Source: an archaeon | GTDB lineage: Archaea; Iainarchaeota; Iainarchaeia; Iainarchaeales; 1-14-0-10-31-34 | Reading direction: 5' to 3' | NCBI GenBank assembly: GCA_024277355.1 | Contig: JAJRVL010000004.1 | Location: 330,001-362,000, forward strand | DNA: 32,000 nt | Part shown: piece after piece, positions 1-8,283 of the stretch | Position numbering within the stretch: position 1 is the stretch's first letter | Layout of the letters: every line of letters starts with the position of its first letter | Made by a program: the position numbers and the translations under genes | Notes under the pieces: model-generated | Database searches by the model: none | Seen by the model: only the letters and a program-made list of their open reading frames with translations | What the model was told of the DNA's origin: nothing

Positions 1-167
1 GGCCCTATAATTAATCCTGCAACAATATAAGACAAAATTAAAGGCTGTTTTAAAACTCTGCCAATTAATCCAGTAATAGTCGCAAAAACTACAATTAGCC
101 CTAATTCTGCAACTAACCCTAAACTATTCACAAAATTTATTCCAATAGAAGAAAATTGTTCAATCAT
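1..167 (-). CDS. N-terminus of a cation:proton antiporter (CPA2/KefB-like), truncated by the window edge
   Basis: Manual translation of the minus strand from ATG at 167: MIEQFSSIGINFVNSLGLVAELGLIVVFATITGLIGRVLKQPLILSYIVAGLIIGP. The LKQPLILSYIVAGLIIGP pattern is typical of CPA2 antiporters. TATA-like TTTATATA lies about 25 nt upstream. Confidence 0.7.
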   Translation of the reverse strand, partial: MIEQFSSIGINFVNSLGLVAELGLIVVFATITGLIGRVLKQPLILSYIVAGLIIG

Positions 168-262
168 TAATTAAAAAGACGTAAAAGAAGTATATAAAAC
201 TTTTTAAGAAAAAGTTTTATCAAAAAACGCTTTGCATAAACTTTTTAAAGAAATTAATTAAA

Positions 263-1669
263 TTAGATTTTCTTCCATCTTGCACCGTCTTTTGCGTCAC
301 TTAATTCAATTCCTTTTTTCTTTAATTCTTCCCTTAATTTATCTGCTTTACTCCAGTTTTTTTCTTTTCTTGCTTTTTCTCTTTCATTAATTAAATTCAT
401 TAATTCTTTATCTAATTTTTCTTCTTTAAAATCCATTACACCTAAAACTAAATTAACTTTCTTCATAAAAAATAAAATTTTTTCTGATTGTTTTTCAGAT
501 AAATTTCCTTCAGAAATTAATTTGTTTATTTCTTTCATAAAATCATTTAATGACGTTAAAGCAAGACTAATATTTAAGTCATCATCTAAAGCTTTAACAA
601 AAGAATTTTCTGCTTCTTTAACAACCAAATCAATTTCTTTTAGTTTTATTTCTTTTGTTTTATTTTGTTTAATTCCATTTAGTTTTGAAATAAATTCATT
701 AAATTTTTCTATTTTTTTTTCTGATTCCTTTACTGCTTTTTCAGTGAAATTTAATTCACTCCTATAATGAGTTGATAATAAAGTAAAACGAATTGCTTCA
801 GGAGAAAAACCTTTTTTTATTAAATCCCTTAAAGTATAAAAATTTCCTAAAGATTTAGACATTTTTTCTCCATTAACAATTAAATGAGAACAATGCAGCC
901 AAAAATTCACAAACTTTTTTCCTGTTGCTCCTTCACTTTGAGCGATTTCATTTTCATGATGAGGAAATTTGTTGTCTATTCCTCCTGTATGAATGTCAAA
1001 TGAATTTCCTAAATGTTTCATACTCATAGCAGAACATTCAATATGCCAGCCTGGTCTTCCTTTTCCTAATTCTGTTTCCCAAAAAACATTCCCATCTTCT
1101 ACTGAATAAGCCTTCCATAAAGCAAAATCTCTTGCGTTTTCTTTTTCATATTCATCCTGTGAAACTCTTGCACCTTCTTTTAATTCCTCAATTTTAAAAC
1201 CTGAAAGTTTACCGTAATTTTTAAATTTTTTAATTGAAAAATAAATACTATTGTCATCTCCTTTGTAAGCCAGACCTTTTTTCAGTAATTTTTTAATTAA
1301 TTCAACCATTTCAGGAATTGTTTTTGTTGCTTCAGGATAAAACTCTGCTTTTTCAATATTTAAAATCTTTAAATCCTCAAAAAAAGATTTTTTGAATTTA
1401 TCTGTAAAATCAGTTAATGAAAGATTTTCTTTAATTGAACCTTTAATTGTCTTATCATCAACATCAGTTAAATTCATTACCTGAATTACTTTAAAACCCT
1501 TAAATTTCAGGTAACGCCTTAACAAATCCTCAAAAATATATGCCCTAAAATTTCCTATATGTGCAAAATCATATACTGTTGGACCGCAAGTATACATTTT
1601 GACTTCATTGTCTTTCAAAGACTTAAATGACTCGTTTTTTTTTGTTAAAGAATTATAAAATGAAAGCAT
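263..1669 (-). CDS. cysS: Cysteinyl-tRNA synthetase
   Basis: MYTCGPTVYDFAHIGNFRAYIFEDLLRR, WHIECSAMS, GGIDNKFPHHENEIAQSE and KMSKSLGN motifs. Confidence 0.97.
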   Translation of the reverse strand: MLSFYNSLTKKNESFKSLKDNEVKMYTCGPTVYDFAHIGNFRAYIFEDLLRRYLKFKGFKVIQVMNLTDVDDKTIKGSIKENLSLTDFTDKFKKSFFEDLKILNIEKAEFYPEATKTIPEMVELIKKLLKKGLAYKGDDNSIYFSIKKFKNYGKLSGFKIEELKEGARVSQDEYEKENARDFALWKAYSVEDGNVFWETELGKGRPGWHIECSAMSMKHLGNSFDIHTGGIDNKFPHHENEIAQSEGATGKKFVNFWLHCSHLIVNGEKMSKSLGNFYTLRDLIKKGFSPEAIRFTLLSTHYRSELNFTEKAVKESEKKIEKFNEFISKLNGIKQNKTKEIKLKEIDLVVKEAENSFVKALDDDLNISLALTSLNDFMKEINKLISEGNLSEKQSEKILFFMKKVNLVLGVMDFKEEKLDKELMNLINEREKARKEKNWSKADKLREELKKKGIELSDAKDGARWKKI

Positions 1670-1743
1670 AATAACCTACAAAAATATTAAACAAAAAAGT
1701 TTATATTAAATTAATGCAGTAAATTAATCAAAGAAAAGATATT

Positions 1744-2238
1744 ATGCCTGCAAAAACTCCAAGAAAACCAATTTTAAGAAGAACATTAAATGCTAAAGAT
1801 ATGAAATTTATAAATAAACTTTACTCTGAGAAAAGAATTAAACCTCTTTCAACAGAAAAAAAACCCAATGCAGTTATAAGAATGAGAAAAATGGGAGATT
1901 ATCTTATAAAAAGAAGATTCAGACAGACACCAGAACAAAAACAAGTTGTAGAAATTCTTTATGGAAAAAACAAAGCAGCAAAAAAAGCAGAATTAATTTT
2001 AAATTATTTTAAGAAAAAAAGAAAATTAACAACAAAAAAAGCAATAAACCATGCAGTAAGATTACTAAAAACAATAAAACAAAAAGCTAAAAACGAATAT
2101 TTAAAACCATACAAAAAAACTACAGATCAAGCTAAATTAAAAAACAATCATTTTGCAGGAGAAGAACATATGTTCATGATTGATACATTATATATGGGCA
2201 CAGAATTAGTAATAGAAAAACTGGAAAAAATGAAATAA
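1744..2238 (+). CDS. Hypothetical small basic Lys-rich protein
   Basis: 164-aa ORF, no antisense competitor, ATG start, gene-dense context; no recognised domain. Confidence 0.7.
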   Translation: MPAKTPRKPILRRTLNAKDMKFINKLYSEKRIKPLSTEKKPNAVIRMRKMGDYLIKRRFRQTPEQKQVVEILYGKNKAAKKAELILNYFKKKRKLTTKKAINHAVRLLKTIKQKAKNEYLKPYKKTTDQAKLKNNHFAGEEHMFMIDTLYMGTELVIEKLEKMK

Positions 2239-2240
2239 AA

Positions 2241-2693
2241 TTACTTTATTTTAACTTTAAAGCTTTTAGTTTTTTTTACGTGTTTTTTTGGAATAATTAA
2301 TTCTAATATTCCGTCTTTGAATTCTGCTTTAGCTTTATTTGGAATTACTTCATCAGGCAAAGCAATACTCCTGAAATAAGAATTAAATTTTCTTTCATGA
2401 AAATAATAACCTTTCTTTTTGTTTTCTTTTTTTAAATCAGTTTTTCCTTTTAATATCAACTGATTTGAAGTTAAATCAATATCTAAATTTTGTTTTTTTA
2501 TTCCAGGAAGTTCAGCAGTAATCTTTAGTTTGTTTCCTTCATCTTTTACATCCAATAAAGGCGTTCTAAGCATTGAATCAAATTTAGAAAAAGAAAAAGA
2601 ATCAAAAAACCTTGAAAGATTTTCCTGTTTTCTTATTTTCTTAAACGGATCCCAAATATCTAATTCATCCATAAAAAAACCTTTACAAACCAA
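2241..2693 (-). CDS. Hsp20/alpha-crystallin family small heat-shock protein
   Basis: Alpha-crystallin domain signatures: PLLDVKDEGNKLKITAELPGIKKQNLDIDL ... ERKFNSYFRSIALPDEV ... AEFKDGILELIIPK. Confidence 0.93.
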   Translation of the reverse strand: MVCKGFFMDELDIWDPFKKIRKQENLSRFFDSFSFSKFDSMLRTPLLDVKDEGNKLKITAELPGIKKQNLDIDLTSNQLILKGKTDLKKENKKKGYYFHERKFNSYFRSIALPDEVIPNKAKAEFKDGILELIIPKKHVKKTKSFKVKIK

Positions 2694-3312
2694 TTGCTTT
2701 CATTAAAATTAAATCCAAAAATAAAAAACAAATTAAAGCAATTAAATGCACAAAAACATTTGAATTAACTTTATGTGCAATAATATGATAATAAACAAAA
2801 ACTGAAATTAAAGCAAAAATTAAAACTAAAACAATTACTGCTGAAACAGCAGGCAAAGCAAAAATAAATTCCTCTGAATTCATTGCAGAAGAAACCACTT
2901 CAGTTGACTGATTTAAAGTAATATTTCCTGTCTGAAAATCTTTTGTTGCAGAAAAAATTTCATTCGGCAAAAGCACCGGAACCAGCAAAAACAAAAATAC
3001 TGCTATTGCTCCTAAAAATCTGGTTAAAGAAACAGCAGAAGCAATTCCATAAAAGTCATTCCTGACGCTTTTCTTTGAAAACAAAGAAATAATCACTGCA
3101 ATTAAAATTGAAGCAATAATCCAAGATAAAACAGCTAAAGTAAAATTAAATAACTGAAGCAAAAAACTTACATTAAAACCATAAACAATTAATCCAATCA
3201 AAGAAAGAATTCCAGGCAACAAAACAAAAAGTAATGCTTTAATTACATCAGGATTCTCAAGATAATGTTTTACTACTTCTTTAGGCTTATAAATTAAACT
3301 AAAAGGATTCAT
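2683..3312 (-). CDS. Yip1-like polytopic membrane protein
   Basis: 209 aa, several hydrophobic segments, N-terminal FSLIYKPKEVVKHYLENPDVIKA resembling Yip1/YIP1-domain proteins. Confidence 0.6.
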   Translation of the reverse strand: MNPFSLIYKPKEVVKHYLENPDVIKALLFVLLPGILSLIGLIVYGFNVSFLLQLFNFTLAVLSWIIASILIAVIISLFSKKSVRNDFYGIASAVSLTRFLGAIAVFLFLLVPVLLPNEIFSATKDFQTGNITLNQSTEVVSSAMNSEEFIFALPAVSAVIVLVLIFALISVFVYYHIIAHKVNSNVFVHLIALICFLFLDLILMKAIGL

Positions 3313-3347
3313 ACTAAACTTATTGTTTTTTTTATTTATAAAAGTTA

Positions 3348-4310
3348 TTATTTGAATAATTTTCTTATTGGAGAGAGGATTTCATTTAATTCAGCTGAAA
3401 CTGAATTTTTTAAGTCCATAGGATGCAGTTTTTTTTCAATAAAAGTTTTTTCTAATTCCATAAAAGAATTAAACTGCAGGTTTCCTCCGAATTTTTTAGG
3501 TCTTTTTATTTCAACTGAATTATTTTTTGGAAAAACAATTAATTTCATTATCTGCATTAAAGCATTATTTGTTTCTCCTTCAATGCAATAAGCCTTGTTT
3601 ACTTTTTTTTGTAAGTCTTGCTCTGAATCCCTTACTGAAATTAAATTATTTGAATCACTTGAACTCATTTTAGTTCCTGGTTTTAACATTGAATCAATTA
3701 AAGGAGTGTGAACAAAAGCAGGTTTTTTGTAATTAATTTTTTCAAGTAATTCTCTTGCAAGCATATGAATTTTTCTTTGCTCTATTCCTGATTGAGCTGC
3801 ATCAATTTTCAAATGTTTAATGTCATTAATCTGCATTAAAGGATAAATTGCCTGAGAAATACTTGCGTTATCTATGTCTCTTGCAACTTCCTGCATTGAT
3901 CTTAAACCCCGGTTAATTGTAGTGTTTAAAGACAAAACCAATAAGTCTTCAATATAATCCTGTTTTTTCTGAAAAGAACTTCCAAGAACAAATTCAGGTT
4001 CTTTTATACCTAATTTTTTGAAAACTTTTTTCCATAAAACAACATTTTCAAGTATTTCTTCTTCTGTTCCTTTTTTATTCAAAAAAGCATGCCAGTCAGC
4101 AAACAAAATTTTAACTTTAAAACCTGCTTTTTCCATTTGACTTAATTTAATTGCAGTAACCATATGCCCTAAATGAACTTCGCCTGAAGGTTCATAACCA
4201 CAGTAAGTTACCGGTGATTTTTTTTCAGATAAAAGTTTTTCTATTTCTTCTTTTGTAATTAATTCAACTGTATTTTGTTCAATTAAACTGATTTTTTGAT
4301 TTAAATCCAT
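3348..4310 (-). CDS. tyrS: Tyrosyl-tRNA synthetase (archaeal/eukaryotic type)
   Basis: CGYEPSGEVHLGHMVTAIKLSQM, MQINDIKHLKIDAAQSGIEQRKIHMLAREL, and the KMSSS signature loop. Confidence 0.96.
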   Translation of the reverse strand: MDLNQKISLIEQNTVELITKEEIEKLLSEKKSPVTYCGYEPSGEVHLGHMVTAIKLSQMEKAGFKVKILFADWHAFLNKKGTEEEILENVVLWKKVFKKLGIKEPEFVLGSSFQKKQDYIEDLLVLSLNTTINRGLRSMQEVARDIDNASISQAIYPLMQINDIKHLKIDAAQSGIEQRKIHMLARELLEKINYKKPAFVHTPLIDSMLKPGTKMSSSDSNNLISVRDSEQDLQKKVNKAYCIEGETNNALMQIMKLIVFPKNNSVEIKRPKKFGGNLQFNSFMELEKTFIEKKLHPMDLKNSVSAELNEILSPIRKLFK

Positions 4311-4363
4311 TTACACCACTTTCTGTTATTATTTAATAGTTAATTGAATTATTATTTATTTGT

Positions 4364-5044
4364 ATGGTTCCAAAAAAGAGAACTCCAAAAATCAAAATAA
4401 AAAAAAAGATAGTAAAGGGAGATGAAGCAGTAATTTACAGGCTTCCGAATGAATCACCTAAAAAAATGATTATGAGAAAAACTCATGCTTCAATGAATTT
4501 AAAGTCAGAGCATCCAAAAATAAAGTTTTATGGAAACGCAATTGAAAAAATTCTTTTTCCTGGAAACACAATAAACATTTCAATGGTAAAAGTTCCTAAA
4601 GACTGGAGGCCACATTTTGTAGAATCTATTAACCTAAGAACATATCCTAAAGGAATAGAATATTATTCAGAAAAAATTCCTATTAGCAGACCGCATAGAA
4701 AATACCGAAAAGCATTTTATAACGAAAAAACAAACAAAAAAGAAGAAAAATTAATTGAAAGACATGAAAAAAAAATGAGAAAACATATAGGGAATTCAAC
4801 AGGGAAAATAAAAAAAACAATAGATGAAATGTATAAAGCAGGATTTGATGTTAACAAGCACCCTGCAAACATTGACTTAATTAAAGGAACTCCTGTTTTT
4901 TTTGAAACACAGATTCTGTATCCTGAAAAACTTGAAAAATACATTCAGCAAAAACCTTTAAGCAAAACTTTTACAAGAGAAAAAAAAGGCAGAGCATTAC
5001 GTTTAATTAAAAGATTAAAAACAATTTGGAAGTCAGTTGAATAA
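4364..5044 (+). CDS. Hypothetical basic protein (MVPKKRTPKIKIKKK N-terminus)
   Basis: 226-aa ORF directly abutting ribL, ATG start; no recognised domain. Confidence 0.75.
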   Translation: MVPKKRTPKIKIKKKIVKGDEAVIYRLPNESPKKMIMRKTHASMNLKSEHPKIKFYGNAIEKILFPGNTINISMVKVPKDWRPHFVESINLRTYPKGIEYYSEKIPISRPHRKYRKAFYNEKTNKKEEKLIERHEKKMRKHIGNSTGKIKKTIDEMYKAGFDVNKHPANIDLIKGTPVFFETQILYPEKLEKYIQQKPLSKTFTREKKGRALRLIKRLKTIWKSVE

Positions 5045-5482
5045 GTGAAAAAAATGAAAAAAAGAATTTTAGCTTTCGGCACATTTGACGGAATTCATCC
5101 TGGGCATTTATTTTATTTAGAGAAAGCAAAAAAGTTTGGAACAGAATTAATTGTAGTCATAGCAAGAGACGAAACAGTTAAAAAAATAAAAGGAAAAAAA
5201 CCAATTCTGAAAGAAAAAGAAAGAAAAAAATTAATTGAAGGATTAAAACCAGTTGACAAAGCAGTTCTTGGATTAAAAAGCAGAACAATTTTTAAGAGAT
5301 TAAAAACATTAAAACCAGATGTAATTGTTTTAGGTTACGACCAAAAACCATCAAAAGAAAAAATAAAAGAAGAAATGAAAAAACTTGGAATTAAAGCTAA
5401 AATAAAAAGAGTTAAAGGATTAAATTCAAAAAGATTTAAGTCATCAAAAATAAAAAAAGAAATAATAAAAAAATACAGTTAA
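5045..5482 (+). CDS. ribL: Archaeal FAD synthase (RibL-type cytidylyltransferase); more likely start ATG at 5054
   Basis: ILAFGTFDGIHPGHLFYLEKAKKFG nucleotidyltransferase HxGH motif; short archaeal architecture; DVIVLGYDQ. Confidence 0.88.
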   Translation: MKKMKKRILAFGTFDGIHPGHLFYLEKAKKFGTELIVVIARDETVKKIKGKKPILKEKERKKLIEGLKPVDKAVLGLKSRTIFKRLKTLKPDVIVLGYDQKPSKEKIKEEMKKLGIKAKIKRVKGLNSKRFKSSKIKKEIIKKYS

Positions 5483-5483
5483 A

Positions 5484-5732
5484 TTATTTTTTATTTTTTA
5501 ATTCTTCTTTGAATTCTTTAATTGATTCAGGAGTTCCTTCTAAAATAAAACCATAAAAACCGCAGTTAATGCATTTCATTTGAGGAGACAACGCCGCTGA
5601 AGCTTTTCCAATTCCATAAATTACAGGCTTTAAATTTAATGAACCACAGCTAGGACAAAACTTGAAATTTAATTGTTTATTGTTGCTTTCTTTTCTTACT
5701 TTTTCATCAAATTCATTTATGCCTTTATTCAT
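5484..5732 (-). CDS. Small zinc-ribbon protein
   Basis: 82 aa with CPSC...CINC pair; overlaps the upstream ATP-grasp gene by 1 nt. Confidence 0.8.
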   Translation of the reverse strand: MNKGINEFDEKVRKESNNKQLNFKFCPSCGSLNLKPVIYGIGKASAALSPQMKCINCGFYGFILEGTPESIKEFKEELKNKK

Positions 5733-6547
5733 TAAAATCTTCCTGCTTTTTTTTCCAGATATTTAACAATTTTTTCTGCTGCATTAATTCCAGTAATGCT
5801 TTCAAAAGCCTTAAATTTAGGTGAACGGTTTGTTTCCAATACAAACCATTTTCCATTATAAAAAGCCAAATCAACTCCTGAAATTTCAATGCTTGCACTT
5901 TTTGAAGCTTTAACTGCAATATCAGAAATTTCTTTAGTTAACTTAAACAGAACTCCGTTTGAATTCAATGCAATATTTTTTTTCCAGTGAACTGATTTTT
6001 TTTCAAATGCACCAATTGCTTTTCCGCCTATCACAAAAACTCTTAATTCTTTTTCAAAAGGAATAAAATTCTGAATTAAATAATTCCCTTTAAGCGAAGA
6101 CAAAAAAGAATGAATTTCAGAAAACTTTATTTTGAATACATTTTCTCCTCTTTTGCCTTCAATATCTTTTAATACAACCCAATCAGAAGAAGAAAAAGGA
6201 AGAGAATGAATTGTTTTTTCATTTAAAAAAAAAGTTTTAGGAATATTTAATCCTGCTTTAAAAAAACTGAAATAATTAGTAAATTTATTTTTACCTAACA
6301 TTAAAACAAGCTTTTCATCAACAATTTTTGTTCCTGAAGAAAACAAACTTAACGCCAAAGCTTTTCCCTGGAGAGATTGTCCTTTTAATGCACGGAATAA
6401 AACTAAATCAAATTTTTTTTCAAGATTAATTCCTGCTTTCAATGAATCAGGAAAAAAAACAAAAACTTCATGTTTTCTTTTTAATGCTTCTTCTTTAATT
6501 CTTTCAATTTCAAATTGTTTTTCAGAAGAAATAACTGCGATTTTCAT
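5732..6547 (-). CDS. RimK-like ATP-grasp ligase
   Basis: 271 aa; DWVVLKDIEGKRGENVF, YLIQNFIPFEKELRVFVIGGKAIGAFEK, GVDLAFYNGKWFVLETNRSP. Confidence 0.85.
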   Translation of the reverse strand: MKIAVISSEKQFEIERIKEEALKRKHEVFVFFPDSLKAGINLEKKFDLVLFRALKGQSLQGKALALSLFSSGTKIVDEKLVLMLGKNKFTNYFSFFKAGLNIPKTFFLNEKTIHSLPFSSSDWVVLKDIEGKRGENVFKIKFSEIHSFLSSLKGNYLIQNFIPFEKELRVFVIGGKAIGAFEKKSVHWKKNIALNSNGVLFKLTKEISDIAVKASKSASIEISGVDLAFYNGKWFVLETNRSPKFKAFESITGINAAEKIVKYLEKKAGRF

Positions 6548-6553
6548 AATAAC

Positions 6554-7441
6554 TCAAAACTTATTTTTTAATCTTAATTCCTTTGATTTTTTGTAAAGAT
6601 ATTTAATTAAAATATTTGAAAATTTTGTTCCAAAAAAATCAATCATAAAGCCTGGGGCAAAATTTACTTCAATTAACTTATATTTTCCTTCTCTTTCCAT
6701 GAAATCAACAGCACAAACACCTAAACCAAGAATAGCAGAAATTTTTAAGGCATCTTCTTTCATTGCAGAACTTAATTCAACTAATTCAGCTTTGCCTCCT
6801 TTAGAAACATTAGTTCTCCATTCACCTTCAGGAGCAATTCTTTTAATTCCAAAAACTTCCTCGCCAAAAACCATACAACGAATATCATAATTATCTGATT
6901 TAATAAATTCCTGAGTTGAAATAAATTCCCTAAAAATCTTTAAAGTGTCTAACACAGGTTTGAATTCATTTTCTGAATTTGCAAGCATTACTCCTTTTCC
7001 ACCAAACCCTGAAAGAAGTTTGATTACTACCGGATAACCAATTTTATGGTTCATATCAATTGCAGTCTGAGGAGTTAAAGCTAAAGAAGAAGTAGGGACA
7101 GGAATATTTTCTCTTGACAAAACTTTAACTGTAAAATATTTATGGTTTGTAATCTGAAAAGCTTCAGGAGTTAAAGGAACAAACACATCAGACTCGTTTA
7201 ATAAATCCAATACAATTTCTCCAAACATTAAGTCTTTTGAAAAAAACCTTGCATAACATGCATCAAAAGAAGTTAAATCAGTTCCCTTAAAAGTTAACTT
7301 GTTTTTTCCATTAACACAGTCAATCCTGATTTTTTTTAACGGAGCAAACAAAACTGTATCAAAAAATCTATGCGCTTCTTCTAAAATCATCTGCTTGACT
7401 TCCTGTCTTTCATTTGTTCCTCCAATATACAAAAACTTCAT
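6554..7441 (-). CDS. RimK/LysX-like ATP-grasp ligase
   Basis: 295 aa; GYPVVIKLLSGFGGKGVML glycine-rich loop, FIKSDNYDIRCMVFGEEVFG, ILGLGVCAVDFMEREGKYKLIEVNFAPG. Confidence 0.88.
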   Translation of the reverse strand: MKFLYIGGTNERQEVKQMILEEAHRFFDTVLFAPLKKIRIDCVNGKNKLTFKGTDLTSFDACYARFFSKDLMFGEIVLDLLNESDVFVPLTPEAFQITNHKYFTVKVLSRENIPVPTSSLALTPQTAIDMNHKIGYPVVIKLLSGFGGKGVMLANSENEFKPVLDTLKIFREFISTQEFIKSDNYDIRCMVFGEEVFGIKRIAPEGEWRTNVSKGGKAELVELSSAMKEDALKISAILGLGVCAVDFMEREGKYKLIEVNFAPGFMIDFFGTKFSNILIKYLYKKSKELRLKNKF

Positions 7442-7445
7442 AATA

Positions 7446-8276
7446 TCACTTTAATTTTCCTTCAAAAAATTCTGCAACAGATTCAAATAAATTTTTCCCT
7501 AAAACTTCCTGGAAATAAGAAAAATCAATTAAAGGTTTTAAGCTTACAATATGCCCGTCAATTGATTTAACTTCAGCTATTTCAGTTCCAATTACCTTAC
7601 ATGCTTTAATTAAATTTTCATTTTCACTTTCACTTAAAGTCATACTGCTTCCTTTTTTTGTGTATTCAAATCTTTCTTTATTCCAGTTTCTTCTTACAGT
7701 AAACACTTTTTCTCCAATTATTACACTTACATCCAAATCTTTTCTGAAAAATTTCTGCAATAACAAAACATCAAAATCAGATTTAATGCTTTTAACAATT
7801 GAAAGCAATGATTTTTCTGATTCAACCAAAACATCCTGAATTTTTTTGTATCCATCAAAAACCTGCAAAAGCAAAGGAAAACGGAATTCCTTTAAAGAAG
7901 AATTAATAAAAAAAGCTGAACCAAAAACACTTGTATTAGGTGTTTTAATTCCATGAGAATTCAAAGTAGTTAACTGAAAAGCCTTATTTGAAAGAATAGT
8001 ATAAGCATCAGGTTTAACCTGGCAATAAATTCCTTTCTGAGAAAATTCATCCAGCAAAGGTTCAACTATTCTTGTAAACTGAACTCCTGCTCCCAAAAAA
8101 CAAGAATCAAAATCTTCAATTTTAATGCTGTTAGTAATTAAAGTTGTTTCTTTTCCTTCAGTCAATAAACCTAATTTGCCTATTTCAATTGATTCAACAG
8201 AAATATTTTTTTTATTAAATGCTTCCTTTAATTCAATTAAAGAATTAGTTTTTTCATAAATAAACAATGTTTTCAT
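7446..8276 (-). CDS. Degenerate RimK-like ATP-grasp fold protein, probably catalytically impaired
   Basis: 276 aa colinear with the two neighbours (TILSNKAFQLTTLNSHGIKTP; LLLQKFFRKDLDVSVIIGEKVFTVRR), but the Gly-rich loop (VFDGYKKIQ) and the terminal ExN metal-binding motif (HIVSLKPLIDF) are lost. Confidence 0.7.
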   Translation of the reverse strand: MKTLFIYEKTNSLIELKEAFNKKNISVESIEIGKLGLLTEGKETTLITNSIKIEDFDSCFLGAGVQFTRIVEPLLDEFSQKGIYCQVKPDAYTILSNKAFQLTTLNSHGIKTPNTSVFGSAFFINSSLKEFRFPLLLQVFDGYKKIQDVLVESEKSLLSIVKSIKSDFDVLLLQKFFRKDLDVSVIIGEKVFTVRRNWNKERFEYTKKGSSMTLSESENENLIKACKVIGTEIAEVKSIDGHIVSLKPLIDFSYFQEVLGKNLFESVAEFFEGKLK

Positions 8277-8283
8277 TAATTCA

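Noticed and set aside
522-767. Plus-strand ORFs antisense to cysS, tyrS (3352..3591) and MscS-C39 (8619..8813)
   Set aside because: Overlap known genes on the opposite strand; Ser/Phe-rich composition typical of antisense frames in this AT-rich, Lys/Glu-rich genome.
5725-5919. 64-aa minus-strand ORF
   Set aside because: Out of frame within the well-supported ATP-grasp gene 5732..6547; low-complexity Lys/Leu/Gln composition.
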